NCBI GenBank assembly: GCA_964016885.1
Contig: OZ024746.1
Span: forward strand, 12,834,001-12,898,000
DNA length: 64,000 bases
Source of the DNA: Eledone cirrhosa
Lineage: Eukaryota
Direction of reading: 5' to 3'
The translations under genes were made by a program, and so were the position numbers. Below, piece by piece: positions 26,601-39,752 of the stretch (positions are counted from its first letter, which is position 1; each line of letters starts with the position of its first letter). Under the pieces are notes generated by a model that saw only the letters and a program-made list of their open reading frames with translations, was not told where the DNA came from and did not search any database.

Positions 26601-29600
26601 ATAGTATGTGAAGGGGGTGAAAAGTAAGGTGAACTACAGCATAGTATGTGAAGGGGTGAAAGGTAAGGTGAACTACAGCATAGTATGTGAAGGGGGTGAA
26701 AGGTAAGGTGAACAACAGCATAGTATGTGAAGGGGTGAAAGGTAAGGTCAACTACAGCATAGTATGTGAAGGGGTGAAAGGTAAGGTGAACTACAGCATA
26801 GTATGTGAAGGGGTGAAAGGTAAGGTGAACTACAGCATAGTATGTGAAGGGGTGAAAGGTAAGGTGAACTACAGCATAGTATGTGAAGGGGTGAAAGGTA
26901 AGGTGAACTACAGCATAGTATGTGAAGGGGTGAAAGGTAAGGTGAACTACAGCATAGTATGTGAAGGGGGTGAAAGGTAAGGTGAACTACAGCATAGTAT
27001 GTGAAGGGGTGAAAGGTAAGGTGAACTACAGCATAGTATGTGAAGGGGTGAAAGGTAAGGTGAACAACAGCATAGTATGTGAAGGGGTGAAAGGTAAGGT
27101 GAACAACAGCATGGTATGTGAAGGGGTGAAAGGTAAGGTGAACTACAGAATAGTATGTGAAGGGGGTGAAAGGTAAGGTGAACAACAGCATAGTATGTGA
27201 AGGGGTGAAAGGTAAGGTGAACTACAGCATAGTATGTGAAGGGGTGAACAACAGCATAGTATGTGAAGGGGTGAAAGGTAAGGTGAACAACAGCATAGTA
27301 TGTGAAGGGGTGAAAGGTAAGGTGAACAACAGCATAGTATGTGAAGGGGTGAAAGGTAAGGTGAACAACAGCATAGTATGTGAAGGGGTGAACAACAGCA
27401 TAGTATGTGAAAGGGTGAAAGGTAAGGTGAACAACAGCATAGTATGTGAAGGGGTGAACAACAGCATAGTATGTGAAAGGGTGAAAGGTAAGGTGAACTA
27501 CAGCATAGTATGTGAAGGGGTGAACAACAGCATAGTATGTGAAAGGGTGAAAGGTAAGGTCAACAACAGCATAGTATGTGAAGGGGTGAACAACAGCATA
27601 GTATGTGAAAGGGTGAAAGGTAAGGTGAACAACAGCATAGTATGTGAAGGGGTGAAAGGTAAGGTGAACAACAGCATAGTATGTGAAGGGGTGAAAGGTA
27701 AGGTGAACTACAGCATAGTATGTGAAGGGGTGAACAACAGCATAGTATGTGAAGGGCTGAAAGGTAAGGTGAACAACAGCATAGTATGTGAAGGGGTGAA
27801 AGGTAAGGTCAACTACAGCATAGTATGTGAAGGGGTGAAAGGTAAGGTGAACAACAGCATAGTATGTGAAGGGGGTGAAAGGTAAGGTGAACTACAGCAT
27901 AGTATGTGAAGGGGGTGAAAGGTAAGGTCAACTACAGCATAGTATGTGAAGGGGTGAAAGGTAAGGTCAACTACAGCATAGTATGTGAAGGGGTGAAAGG
28001 TAAGGTGAACAACAGCATAGTATGTGAAGGGGGTGAAAGGTAAGGTGAACTACAGCATAGTATGTGAAGGGGTGAAAGGTAAGGTCAACTACAGCATAGT
28101 ATGTGAAGGGGGGAAAGGTAAGGTGAACTACAGCATAGTATGTGAAGGGGTGAAAGTAAGGTGAACTACAGCATAGTATGTGAAGGGGTGAACAACAGCA
28201 TAGTATGTGAAGGGCTGAAAGGTAAGGTGAACAACAGCATAGTATGTGAAGGGGTGAAAGGTAAGGTCAACTACAGCATAGTATGTGAAGGGGGGAAAGG
28301 TAAGGTGAACTACAGCATAGTATGTGAAGGGGTGAAAGGTAAGGTGAACTACAGCATAGTATGTGAAGGGGTGAACAACAGCATAGTATGTGAAGGGCTG
28401 AAAGGTAAGGTGAACAACAGCATAGTATGTGAAGGGGTGAAAGGTAAGGTCAACTACAGCATAGTATGTGAAGGGGTGAAAGGTAAGGTGAACAACAGCA
28501 TAGTATGTGAAGGGGGTGAAAGGTAAGGTGAACTACAGCATAGTATGTGAAGGGGGTGAAAGGTAAGGTCAACTACAGCATAGTATGTGAAGGGGGGAAA
28601 GGTAAGGTGAACTACAGCATAGTATGTGAAGGGGGTGAAAGGTAAGGTGAACTACAACATAGTATGTGAAGGGGTGAAAGGTAAGGTCAACTACAGCATA
28701 GTATGTGAAGGGGTGAAAGGTAAGGTCAACTACAGCATAGTATGGGAAGGGGTGAAAGGTAAGGTGAACTACAGCATAGTATGTGAAGGGGTGAAAGGTA
28801 AGGTCAACTACAGCATAGTATGTGAAGGGGTGAAAGGTAAGGTCAACTACAGCATAGTATGGGAAGGGGTGAAAGGTAAGGTCAACTACAGCATAGTATG
28901 GGAAGGGGTGAAAGGTAAGGTGAACTACAGCATAGTATGTGAAGGGGTGAAAGGTAAGGTGAACAACAGCATAGTATGTGAAGGGGTGAAAGGTAAGGTC
29001 AACTACAGCATAGTATGTGAAGGGGTGAAAGGTAAGGTCAACTACAGCATAGTATGGGAAGGGGTGAAAGGTAAGGTGAACTACAGCATAGTATGTGAAG
29101 GGGTGAAAGGTAAGGTGAACTACAGCATAGTATGGGAAGGGGTGAAAGGTAAGGTCAACTACAGCATAGTATGTGAAGGGGTGAAAGGTAAGGTGAACTA
29201 CAGCATAGTATGGGAAGGGGTGAAAGGTAAGGTGAACTACAGCATAGTATGTGAAGGGGTGAAAGGTAAGGTGAACTACAGCATAGTATGTGAAGGGGTG
29301 AAAGGTAAGGTGAACTACAGCATAGTATGGGAAGGGGTGAAAGGTAAGGTGAACTACAGCATAGTATGTGAAGGGGTGAAAGGTAAGGTGAACTACAGCA
29401 TAGTATGGGAAGGGGTGAAAGGTAAGGTGAACTACAGCATAGTATGGGAAGGGGTGAAAGGTAAGGTGAACTACAGCATAGTATGTGAAGGGGTGAAAGG
29501 TAAGGTGAACTACAGCATAGTATGGGAAGGGGTGAAAGGTAAGGTCAACTACAGCATAGTATGGGAAGGGGTGAAAGGTAAGGTGAACTACAGCATAGTA

Positions 29601-32600
29601 TGTGAAGGGGTGAAAGGTAAGGTGAACAACAGCATAGTATGTGAAGGGGTGAAAGGTAAGGTCAACTACAGCATAGTATGTGAAGGGGTGAAAGGTAAGG
29701 TGAACTACAGCATAGTATGGGAAGGGGTGAAAGGTAAGGTGAACTACAGCATAGTATGTGAAGGGGTGAAAGGTAAGGTGAACAACAGCATAGTATGTGA
29801 AGGGGTGAAAGGTAAGGTCAACTACAGCATAGTATGTGAAGGGGTGAAAGGTAAGGTGAACTACAGCATAGTATGGGAAGGGGTGAAAGGTAAGGTGAAC
29901 TACAGCATAGTATGTGAAGGGGTGAAAGGTAAGGTGAACAACAGCATAGTATGTGAAGGGGTGAAAGGTAAGGTCAACTACAGCATACTATGTGAAGGGG
30001 GTGAAAGGTAAGGTGAACTACAGCATAGTATGTGAAGGGGTGAAAGGTAAGGTGAACTACAGCATAGTATGTGAAGGGGTGAAAGGTAAGGTGAACAACA
30101 GCATAGTATGTGAAGGGGTGAAAGGTAAGGTCAACTACAGCATAGTATGTGAAGGGGTGAAAGGTAAGGTGAACTACAGCATAGTATGTGAAGGGGTGAA
30201 AGGTAAGGTGAACTACAGCATAGTATGGGAAGGGGTGAAAGGTAAGGTGAACTACAGCATAGTATGTGAAGGGGTGAAAGGTAAGGTGAACAACAGCATA
30301 GTATGTGAAGGGGTGAAAGGTAAGGTCAACTACAGCATAGTATGTGAAGGGGTGAAAGGTAAGGTGAACTACAGCATAGTATGTGAAGGGGTGAAAGGTA
30401 AGGTGAACTACAGCATAGTATGGGAAGGGGTGAAAGGTAAGGTGAACTACAGCATAGTATGTGAAGGGGGTGAAAGGTAAGGTGAACTACAGCATAGTAT
30501 GTGAAGGGGTGAAAGGTAAGGTGAACTACAGCATAGTATGTGAAAGGGTGAAAGGTAAGGTGAACTACAGCATAGTATGTGAAGGGGGTGAAAGGTAAGG
30601 TCAACTACAGCATAGTATGTGAAGGGGTGAAAGGTAAGGTCAACTACAGCATAGTATGTGAAGGGGTGAAAGGTAAGGTGAACTACAGCATAGTATGGGA
30701 AGGGGTGAAAGGTAAGGTGAACTACAGCATAGTATGTGAAGGGGGTGAAAGGTAAGGTGAACTACAGCATAGTATGGGAAGGGGTGAAAGGTAAGGTCAA
30801 CTACAGCATAGTATGTGAAGGGGTGAAAGGTAAGGTGAACTACAGCATAGTATGTGAAGGGGTGAAAGGTAAGGTGAACAACAGCATAGTATGTGAAGGG
30901 GTGAAAGGTAAGGTCAACTACAGCATAGTATGTGAAGGGGTGAAAGGTAAGGTGAACTACAGCATAGTATGGGAAGGGGTGAAAGGTAAGGTCAACTACA
31001 GCATAATATGTGAAGGGGTGAAAGGTAAGGTGAACTACAGCATAGTATGTGAAGGGGTGAAAGGTAAGGTGAACAACAGCATAGTATGTGAAGGGGGTGA
31101 AAGGTAAGGTGAACTACAGCATAGTTTGTGAAGGGGTGAAAGGTAAGGTGAACAACAGCATAGTATGGGAAGGGGTGAAAGGTAAGGTCAACTACAGCAT
31201 AGTATGTGAAGGGGTGAAAGGTAAGGTGAACAACAGCATAGTATGGGAAGGGGTGAAAGGTAAGGTCAACTACAGCATAATATGTGAAGGGGTGAAAGGT
31301 AAGGTGAACTACAGCATAGTATGTGAAGGGGGTGAAAGGTAAGGTGAACAACAGCATAGTATGTGAAGGGGGTGAAAGGTAAGGTCAACTACAGCATAGT
31401 ATGTGAAGGGGGTGAAAGGTAAGGTGAACAACAGCATGGTATGTGAAGGGGGTGAAAGGTAAGGTGAACAACAGCATAGTATGTGAAGGGGTGAAAGGGT
31501 AAGGTCAACTACAGCATAGTATGTGAAGGGGGTGAAAGGTAAGGTGAACAACAGCATGGTATGTGAAGGGGTGAAAGGTAAGGTGAACTACAGCATAGTA
31601 TGTGAAGGGGTGAAAGGTAAGGTGAACTACAGCATAGTATGTGAAGGGGTGAAAGGTAAGGTGAACTACAGCATAGTATGTGAAGGGGTGAAAGGTAAGG
31701 TGAACTACAGCATAGTATGTGAAGGGGTGAAAGGTAAGGTGAACTACAGCATAGTATGTGAAGGGGTGAAAGGTAAGGTGAACTACAGCATAGTATGTGA
31801 AGGGGTGAAAGGTAAGGTGAACAACAGCATAGTATGTGAAGGGGTGAAAGGTAAGGTGAACAACAGCATAGTATGTGAAGGGGTGAAAGGTAAGGTCAAC
31901 TACAGCATAGTATGTGAAGGGGGTGAAAGGTAAGGTGAACTACAGCATAGTATGTGAAGGGGGTGAAAGGTAAGGTGAACAACAGCATAGTATGTGAAGG
32001 GGTGAAAGGTAAGGTGAACTACAGCATAGTATGGGAAGGGGTGAAAGGTAAGGTCAACTACAGCATAATATGTGAAGGGGTGAAAGGTAAGGTGAACTAC
32101 AGCATAGTATGTGAAGGGGGTGAAAGGTAAGGTGAACAACAGCATAGTATGTGAAGGGGGTGAAAGGTAAGGTCAACTACAGCATAGTATGTGAAGGGGT
32201 GAAAGGGTAAGGTCAACTACAGCATAGTATGTGAAGGGGGTGAAAGGTAAGGTGAACAACAGCATGGTATGTGAAGGGGTGAAAGGTAAGGTGAACTACA
32301 GCATAGTATGTGAAGGGGTGAAAGGTAAGGTGAACTACAGCATAGTATGTGAAGGGGTGAAAGGTAAGGTGAACTACAGCATAGTATGTGAAGGGGTGAA
32401 AGGTAAGGTGAACAACAGCATAGTATGTGAAGGGGTGAAAGGTAAGGTGAACAACAGCATAGTATGTGAAGGGGTGAAAGGTAAGGTCAACTACAGCATA
32501 GTATGTGAAGGGGGTGAAAGGTAAGGTGAACTACAGCATAGTATGTGAAGGGGTGAAAGGTAAGGTGAACTACAACATAGTATGTGAAGGGGGTGAAAGG

Positions 32601-33724
32601 TAAGGTGAACTACAGCATAGTATGTGAAGGGGTGAAAGGTAAGGTCAACTACAACATAGTATGTGAAGGGGGTGAAAGGTAAGGTGAACTACAGCATAGT
32701 ATGTGAAGGGGTGAAAGGGTAAGGTCAACTACAGCATAGTATGTGAAGGGGGTGAAAGGTAAGGTCAACTACAGCATAGTATGTGAAGGGGGTGAAAGGT
32801 AAGGTCAACTACAGCATAGTATGTGAAGGGGTGAAAGGTAAGGTGAACTACAGCATAGTATGTGAAGGGGGTGAAAGGTAAGGTCAACTACAACATAGTA
32901 TGTGAAGGGGGTGAAAGGTAAGGTCAACTACAGCATAGTATGTGAAGGGGTGAAAGGGTAAGGTCAACTACAGCATAGTATGTGAAAGGTAAGGTGAACA
33001 ACAGCATAGTATGTGAAGGGATGAAAGGTAAGGTGAACTACAGCATAGTATGTGAAGGGGTGAAAGGTAAGGTGAACTACAGCATAGTATGTGAAGGGGT
33101 GAAAGGTAAGGTGAACTACAGCATAGTATGTGAAGGGGTGAAAGGTAAGGTGAACTACAGCATAGTATGTGAAGGGGGTGAAAGGTAAGGTGAACTACAG
33201 CATAGTATGTGAAGGGGTGAAAGGTAAGGTGAACTACAGCATAGTATGTGAAGGGGGTGAAAGGTAAGGTGAACTACAGCATAGTATGTGAAGGGGTGAA
33301 AGGTAAGGTGAACTACAGCATAGTATGTGAAGGGGTGAAAGGTAAGGTGAACTACAGCATAGTATGTGAAGGGGTGAAAGGTAAGGTCAACTACAGCATA
33401 GTTTGTGAAGGGGTGAAAGGTAAGGTCAACTACAGCATAGTATGTGAAGGGTAAGGTCAACTACAGCATAGTATGTGAAGGGGTGAAAGGTAAGGTGAAC
33501 TACAGCATAGTATGTGAAGGGGTGAAAGGTAAGGTGAACTACAGCATAGTATGTGAAGGGGTGAAAGGTAAGGTGAACTACAGCATAGTATGTGAAGGGG
33601 GTGAAAGGTAAGGTGAACTACACCATAGTATGTGAAGGGGTGAAAGGTAAGGTGAACTACAGCATAGTATGTGAAGGGGTGAACTACAGCATAGTATGTG
33701 AAAGGTAAGGTCAACTACAGCATA
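17629..33724. repeat. 39-bp minisatellite array, ~16 kb, roughly 410-420 units, inside an SCPEP1 intron
   Basis: Unit aactacagcatagtatgtgaaggggtgaaaggtaaggtg with 40, 31 and 27 bp length variants and point variants. Confidence 0.99.
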
Positions 33725-33934
33725 AATCAGACAAAACTAAGTTTCTCTACTGTTTCTGTTATTCCACTGCCATAATGCATATATAGACTTGTAGTTCCTG
33801 GTGGAGTCTTAGGGGCTCTGCAGTGACATACAGCATGTCTTGGTCATTTTAAACCTGGCAGAGACCATCCCCTCCAAGTCTAAATACAACTGGTTTCTCC
33901 CAGGGAAGGAGTGATAGAAATTGAGAAAAAAATC

Positions 33935-34075
33935 AACCCCAGTACTGGAGTGGTCCTTTTTTTTTTATTGACCTAGAAAGTATGTCATAGAAAGTTGACT
34001 TTGGCAGGTTTTGAACTCTGAGAACCAGAAGAAATACTGCAAGGCATTCTATCCCATGTTTTAATGACTCTTCAC
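33935..34075 (-). mobile_element. Degenerate SINE family B copy
   Basis: ccccagtac...ttattgacc...aaagttgactttggcaggttttgaactc resembles the copies at 42565 and 63505. Confidence 0.55.
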
Positions 34076-34416
34076 TGTCGATACTCAATTTTGATAAATT
34101 GCTAACAGCTGATATTTAAAAGTTATTCTCATGATATTCCAGTGATAAAAACAATGTAAGTTTGTTTTGTTACTTGGAGGGGGGGGGGGGGGGTCAAGCT
34201 TTTGATAAGGTACAGTTGCCAAATATTTTTACATATTTATATTATTTTGCACACTTTATGAACTTATCCCTTTTGGGACCATATTTAACAAGTAATACAC
34301 TGTTTCAGTTAATTAATGAAGGATTTCCTAAAATTATTATTTCATCACTGATACTGTAATTTAACATGATTCTTATATAATATTATGTTGGAAGATTTTA
34401 GTTTACATAAGAATCC

Positions 34417-34607
34417 TTAACCCTTTAGCATGTACATTACTCTATATTTACTATTGTATTTTCACTGTAAAGGCTTTATCTCACAATATCGAAGCTAAGA
34501 GATTTTAAGAACAATACCTTAACTTAAGTATGAGCAGCCAGTTTGAACAGAAAGAGGTGAGAGAATTCAGGCTGGATACAACTGGTTTAAATGCTAAAAG
34601 GTTTTAA
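34417..34607. mobile_element. piggyBac-type MITE
   Basis: TTAA-CCCTTTAGCA ... TGCTAAAAGG; internal sequence is reverse-complement similar to 16082-16237. Confidence 0.65.
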
Positions 34608-35154
34608 ATATGTGGTTTTGTCTGATTGAACCAGAGCCAGTCTTGGGTTGATGTCAAAGGGGTTAATAAATAATAGGGATTTTTAAATATCTCACCCTTT
34701 CATTTGAACTTTATCTTTTAACCCTTTTGACACCAACCTGTCCAAAACTGCTTCAATTGTATGATGACAAACCTCTTGTTTTAAAGTATTTATATTTAAT
34801 TATAAAATAAATGTAAGTTTCTCCAATAATACACATATAGCTAGCGAGTAAGAGAGATGTGGTTTGATTCTGGTTAAAGCAGCTAGTGAAGGAACTTTTA
34901 TAGAATTAATAAATATCGATCCTGTGAATATTAAAGGTATTGCAGCCATCTCAATTTACTGACTTGGATAAGGAGTGTCACAGGATTTTCTCTCTGCAAC
35001 AAATTGAGGTCTTTTGACACTGAAAATTGTCAGAGGTGTAGGTTATTGTATTTACATAATTTAAAAACAAAATGCATTTGCATAAGTTGCAATGTATATA
35101 CTGTAACATGAAAGGGAATGTATATATTTAATAGTTGCAAAATATGTAACATAC

Positions 35155-35268
35155 TTCCCCAAATCACATGTGCTGGGATGATTCCTAATTTTTTGCGAAT
35201 TACTGTATTCATTAAATTAGCAAGTTTATCAATCTGTAAGGGGCCAGTCCATGTCATGTAAAGGTCTT
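35155..35268 (-). CDS. SCPEP1: SCPEP1-like exon
   Basis: tttttcag/GTATGT; 114 nt, (K)DLYMTWTGPLQIDKLANLMNTVIRKKLGIIPAHVIWG. Confidence 0.92.
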
Positions 35269-35475
35269 CTGAAAAACAAAATAGAAATTGGGGATTTTAG
35301 AAAAAATTTATGGAAAATTCGACTCTTCTGATTTTCATAAAGCACCTTTATTAATCTTGGAAGACATTTGAAAAGATTTAGCAGTCAATTGTAATAGCAT
35401 TTGTTGTAGTATATTCTCTCACATTAGCTCTACTTGTGGCACAGAGGTGGCCAATTAGATATTTAGATAGCAATC

Positions 35476-37190
35476 TATAATAATAATGAAATATTGTGTA
35501 CAGTGCTCAGGTGCACTACAACTCATCAAAAAGTGTATGTATAGTACATAGGGTAATGTACAAACGTCAGGAAAATGAACAGTGCATGAGTCATGATATA
35601 CACGTGTGCATGTGTATGGAAGGGATACATTAGGTGCAGTTTTGGCGTATTTCTGGAAGCATGAGGGTTTTAAAGGATGCAGTGTCTCGGCAGCTAACAA
35701 CTGACGCAGGCAGTTTGTTCCATGCTTCAGCAACGCTGAGCATGAAAAAATGTTTACGAAAGTCATGGGAGCTGTGCTGTTTTCTGATTTTGTAGGCATG
35801 TCCACGTGTGTTAGACACATGGAGATCAAAAAGGTGCTCTGGGTTGTTGGCAACATGGTTAATAACTTTGTGGGTGTTTACCAAGTCCATTGCCAGACGT
35901 CGGAGCTTCAATGAATCCATGCCCAGGGAAGCAAGGCGTTCAGAGTATAGTAGGTGTCTGATGGAGGGTATGCGCTTGGTTGCACGTCTCTGAACAGTTT
36001 CCAGGCGGTTAATGTTCTGAGCAAGATGGGGGTTCCAGACTGATGATGCGAATTCCAAGTGTGGTCGTACCATAGCTGTATACAGTTTTAAATAGATGGC
36101 TGGAGAGCGGCTAACAAAGGTCTTGCTGAGTGATGCCAAGACACCCTCGGCCTTCTTGACAATCTTAGAGACATGCTTTGTCCAACGCAAATCACTGCTG
36201 ATAGTAATGCCCAGGTCACGTTCACAAGAGGACTTCTTGATATCAGTGTGGTGGAGGGAGTATGTGGACGCTGGATTTTTCCTCCCAAGATGCATGGTGG
36301 TACACTTGTCCACAGCCAGTCTGTGATCCATTGCTGCATTGTGTCCAGGTCTGATTGTAGGAAAGAGTTGTAGATTTCAGGAAGAGTCCTTTTGATTTCA
36401 AGGTACAGATTGATGTCATCTGCATATTTCAGTACCATGGCATTCTGTAAGTTGGCATCTATGTCATTAATATATACCACAAACAAAAGGGGACCAAGAA
36501 CAGATCCCTGTGGTACACCAGATGACATCTCATATGGTGAAGAATGCTGTCCTAGAACCGTGACTACCTCTTTTCGGCTGAGAATGAAGGATTTCAACCA
36601 GTCGAAAAGATCATCCCTCACACCCATTGCAGAGAGTTTTTCCATAAGTCTTTTGTGTGGCACAGAATTAAAAGCCTTAGCAAAGTCAAGGTAAACAACA
36701 TCCACCCATGAGCCACTGTCAGTGATCCGGGTGATGTCTTCAAGGAACTCGATAAGCTGATCACAGCAGCTGGAGTTAGGGATAAATCCAAATTGTGAGG
36801 GCCGGATGAGGCTGTGAGAGCTCCAGAAGTTCCAAAGTGTTTCTCTGACACAGGATTCCATCAGTTTGGCCATACAGCTAGTAAGACTGACTGGACGATA
36901 GTTGACAGGTGACATGCGGTTGCCCTTTTTGAACAGGGGAATGACACTGGCAGTTTTCCACTGCTCCGGAGTAGCACCATTGTTGAGACAGTATTGAAAG
37001 AAGAAAGAAAGCTGGCGCAAAAGGAAATACCCGCCACGTTTGAGAAGCAGGTATGTAACACCATCAAGACCAGGGGAGGCATAGTTGCGCTTCCACGTTT
37101 CATCAGCCTTAACAAACCATAAGTTTTACCCCGGTACACAATACTTTAGCCTGCTCTGGAACCAACCATTGCATTCAATGTCTAACCTCT
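35476..37190 (-). mobile_element. CR1-clade LINE, 5'-truncated, frameshifted reverse transcriptase
   Basis: NYRPVSLTS, QFGF, VYLDFAKAF, GVPQGSVLGPLLF, KYADD, ERDLG, VRPHLEFASSVWNP motifs; (ATT)n tail; 5' limit approximate. Confidence 0.95.
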
Positions 37191-37913
37191 GCTGTAGATT
37201 TCCTGCAATACAGCATCACATTTCTATTTGTACAGAACTTGTTATACTTTGCTTTTTCTAAGTTGAGAAATTATTGCTGTACACATCACCATGCAGCAGT
37301 TTGCCATGTGGGTCACAGTTTGATAGTACATGTTACATCTAGTTTGGTATCTGTTTTTATAAGATTGAAGAGCCTTTTTGGTGGTTACAGCAGAGAGAAG
37401 TACACAAATGTGCATTTATGTAGTGGTATAACTTGTCTTTACAGCAACTACATTTCATACATCTGTATAAAGCTAGCACCCAAGATATTACATTTCAATC
37501 TACAATGGGAGTGTACTATACAGGCTGCATACTATAACATATTCCTACATGTAATAACTTATAACATCAACTAAAATATCAGTTAATTTACATGTACCCC
37601 TTAACGTAATTCTAAGAGAGATTCAACATGACAAAGCTGGCCCTTTCAATTACAGGTACCGTAGTATATCCAATGGTCTTCCAAACAGTTTCTGTCTACA
37701 CAATTTCACTCTCAAAAATGGGTCAACCCAAGGTTATGGTAAATAACACATGCCTGAGATACCACACAGTGGGATTGAACCTGGGACCTGATGATTGTTA
37801 GATGAACTTCTTAACTATTCATCCAGCTACCATTACTGATACTACCAATCTCTTTACTCCTGACACACAGAGAAAACAGAATAACAAGTGAAACCATGAA
37901 ATATGTGCTTTAC

Positions 37914-38145
37914 TTATATGTTGTGGTGTCTCCTTAAACTCCAGTGTTTGGCTGCTGTACACTTTTCCATGTGGTTGCCATTTGAGGACATTGTACCAGT
38001 CCACACCTCCTGTCAAATTTGCCACAAGAATTTCTGTCATACGCCACATGTGGGTAGCTGCTGCATATTGTTCCCTCTTCACTAGATTTTCAACTTTTTT
38101 AGCATACATGTTTACCATATTATAACCATTCTCATCTACAAGAGA
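37914..38145 (-). CDS. SCPEP1: SCPEP1-like exon
   Basis: ctgtaaag acceptor; SLVDENGYNMV...AATHMW...LTGGVDWYNVLK...ETPQHI; donor A|GTAAAG gives the phase 1 needed by the next exon (3' boundary less certain). Confidence 0.85.
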
Positions 38146-38619
38146 CTTTACAGTAACATGGAAAATGAATGAAACTATCAACAATTATGTTACTACTACT
38201 ATTGCTTATAGATTTCTACCATGGAAACAAACGCATGAATTTGAGGAGAGGGATAGTATTGGTTGAACTAGTCTCAAAAGATGTTTATTTTTTAGTAAAT
38301 TGAAGATAATGTTAATTTCTTACACCTTAGAACAGACAATTACCACCAAAATCATACTTTTAGTGGTCAAAGGATTCAGATTAATCAAAAAGAGAATGGA
38401 AAAATTGAACAAAATCCCAGGAAACATTCTTCAAGAACTAAAAAAAAACTGCAGAAGGGGGGTGATGTCCTTAATGTATAATGTACTACAGAGAAGGGTG
38501 ATATCCTCAAGGTAACATATACTACAGAAGAGGGGGGATATCCTCAATGTAACATTTACTATCACCTTTCTAGTTTGAGCATTATTGATTATTTAGGTGT
38601 TGTTAATGTTGACCATTAT

Positions 38620-39458
38620 CTGTTAATGTCTTGTCCCACAAGAAGCTACATTCACTGTTAATGTCTTGTCCCACATGAAGCTACATTAACTGTTAATGTA
38701 TTGTCTCACATGAAGCTACATTAACTGTTAATGTCTTGTCCCACAAGAAGCTACATTAACTGTTAATGTCTTGTCCCACAAGAAGCTACATTAACTGTTA
38801 ATGTCTTGTCCCACATGAAGCTACATTAACTGTTAATGTCTTGTCCCACATGAAGCTACATTAACTGTTAATGTCTTGTCCCACAAGAAGCCACATTAAC
38901 TGTTAATGTCTTGTCCCACATGAAGCTACATTAACTGTTAATGTCTTGTCCCACATGAAGCTACATTAACTGTTAATGTCTTTTCCCACAAGAAGCTACA
39001 TTAACTGTAAATGTCTTGTCCCACAAGAAGCTACATTAACTGTTAATGTCTTGTCCCACATGAAGCTACATTAACTGTTAATGTCTTGTCCCACATGAAG
39101 CTACATTAACTGTTAATGTCTTGTCCCACAAGAAGCCACATTAACTGTTAATGTCTTGTCCCACATGAAGCTACATTAACTGTTAATGTCTTGTCCCACA
39201 TGAAGCTACATTAACTGTTAATGTCTTTTCCCACAAGAAGCTACATTAACTGTAAATGTCTTGTCCCACATGAAGCTATATTAACTGTTAATGTCTTGTC
39301 CCACATGAAGCTACATTAACTATTAATGTCTTGTCCCACAAGAAGCCACATTAACTGTTAATGTCTTGTCCCACATGAAGCCACATTAACTGTTAATGTC
39401 TTGTCCCACAAGAAGCTACATTAACTGTTAATGTCTTGTCCCACATAAAACTACATTA
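38620..39458. repeat. 35-bp minisatellite, about 24 copies
   Basis: Unit ctgttaatgtcttgtcccaca(a/t)gaagctacattaa. Confidence 0.97.
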
Positions 39459-39641
39459 GCAAGGCATTCTTGACAACAGTTGTGAGGGTCACACACACAT
39501 GGGGGCCAAGACATTGAGCCACTCCAATGCAGATACACTCATCTGTTGAACTGGCCTACTTTATTCTTAACTTCTTGAGTGTTCATTCTACAGAACAGCC
39601 TAAAATAGTAAAACATAGAAGATTAATATATAACTACTTAC

Positions 39642-39752
39642 CATGGAATGAAGAAAAGGTGCCCATGATAACACTATTTTTGTTGGATCAATCCATGAGT
39701 CTCCCATGGCCAATCCTTGAAAGTTACAAATCACCTCCCTATTTTTGATAGC
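39642..39752 (-). CDS. SCPEP1: SCPEP1-like exon
   Basis: tatatcag/GTAAGT; 111 nt, AIKNREVICNFQGLAMGDSWIDPTKIVLSWAPFLHSM. Confidence 0.93.

Noticed and set aside
17610-33714. Dozens of long ORFs (KGKVNYSIVCEGV and FHPFTYYAVVHLT repeats, up to 461 aa)
   Set aside because: The 39-bp unit is a multiple of three and stop-free in some frames; frequent 40- and 31-bp units break the frames; the array is intronic.
17629-33724. CRISPR-like appearance of the 39-bp and 35-bp arrays
   Set aside because: Head-to-tail units without unique spacers, no cas genes, eukaryotic context.
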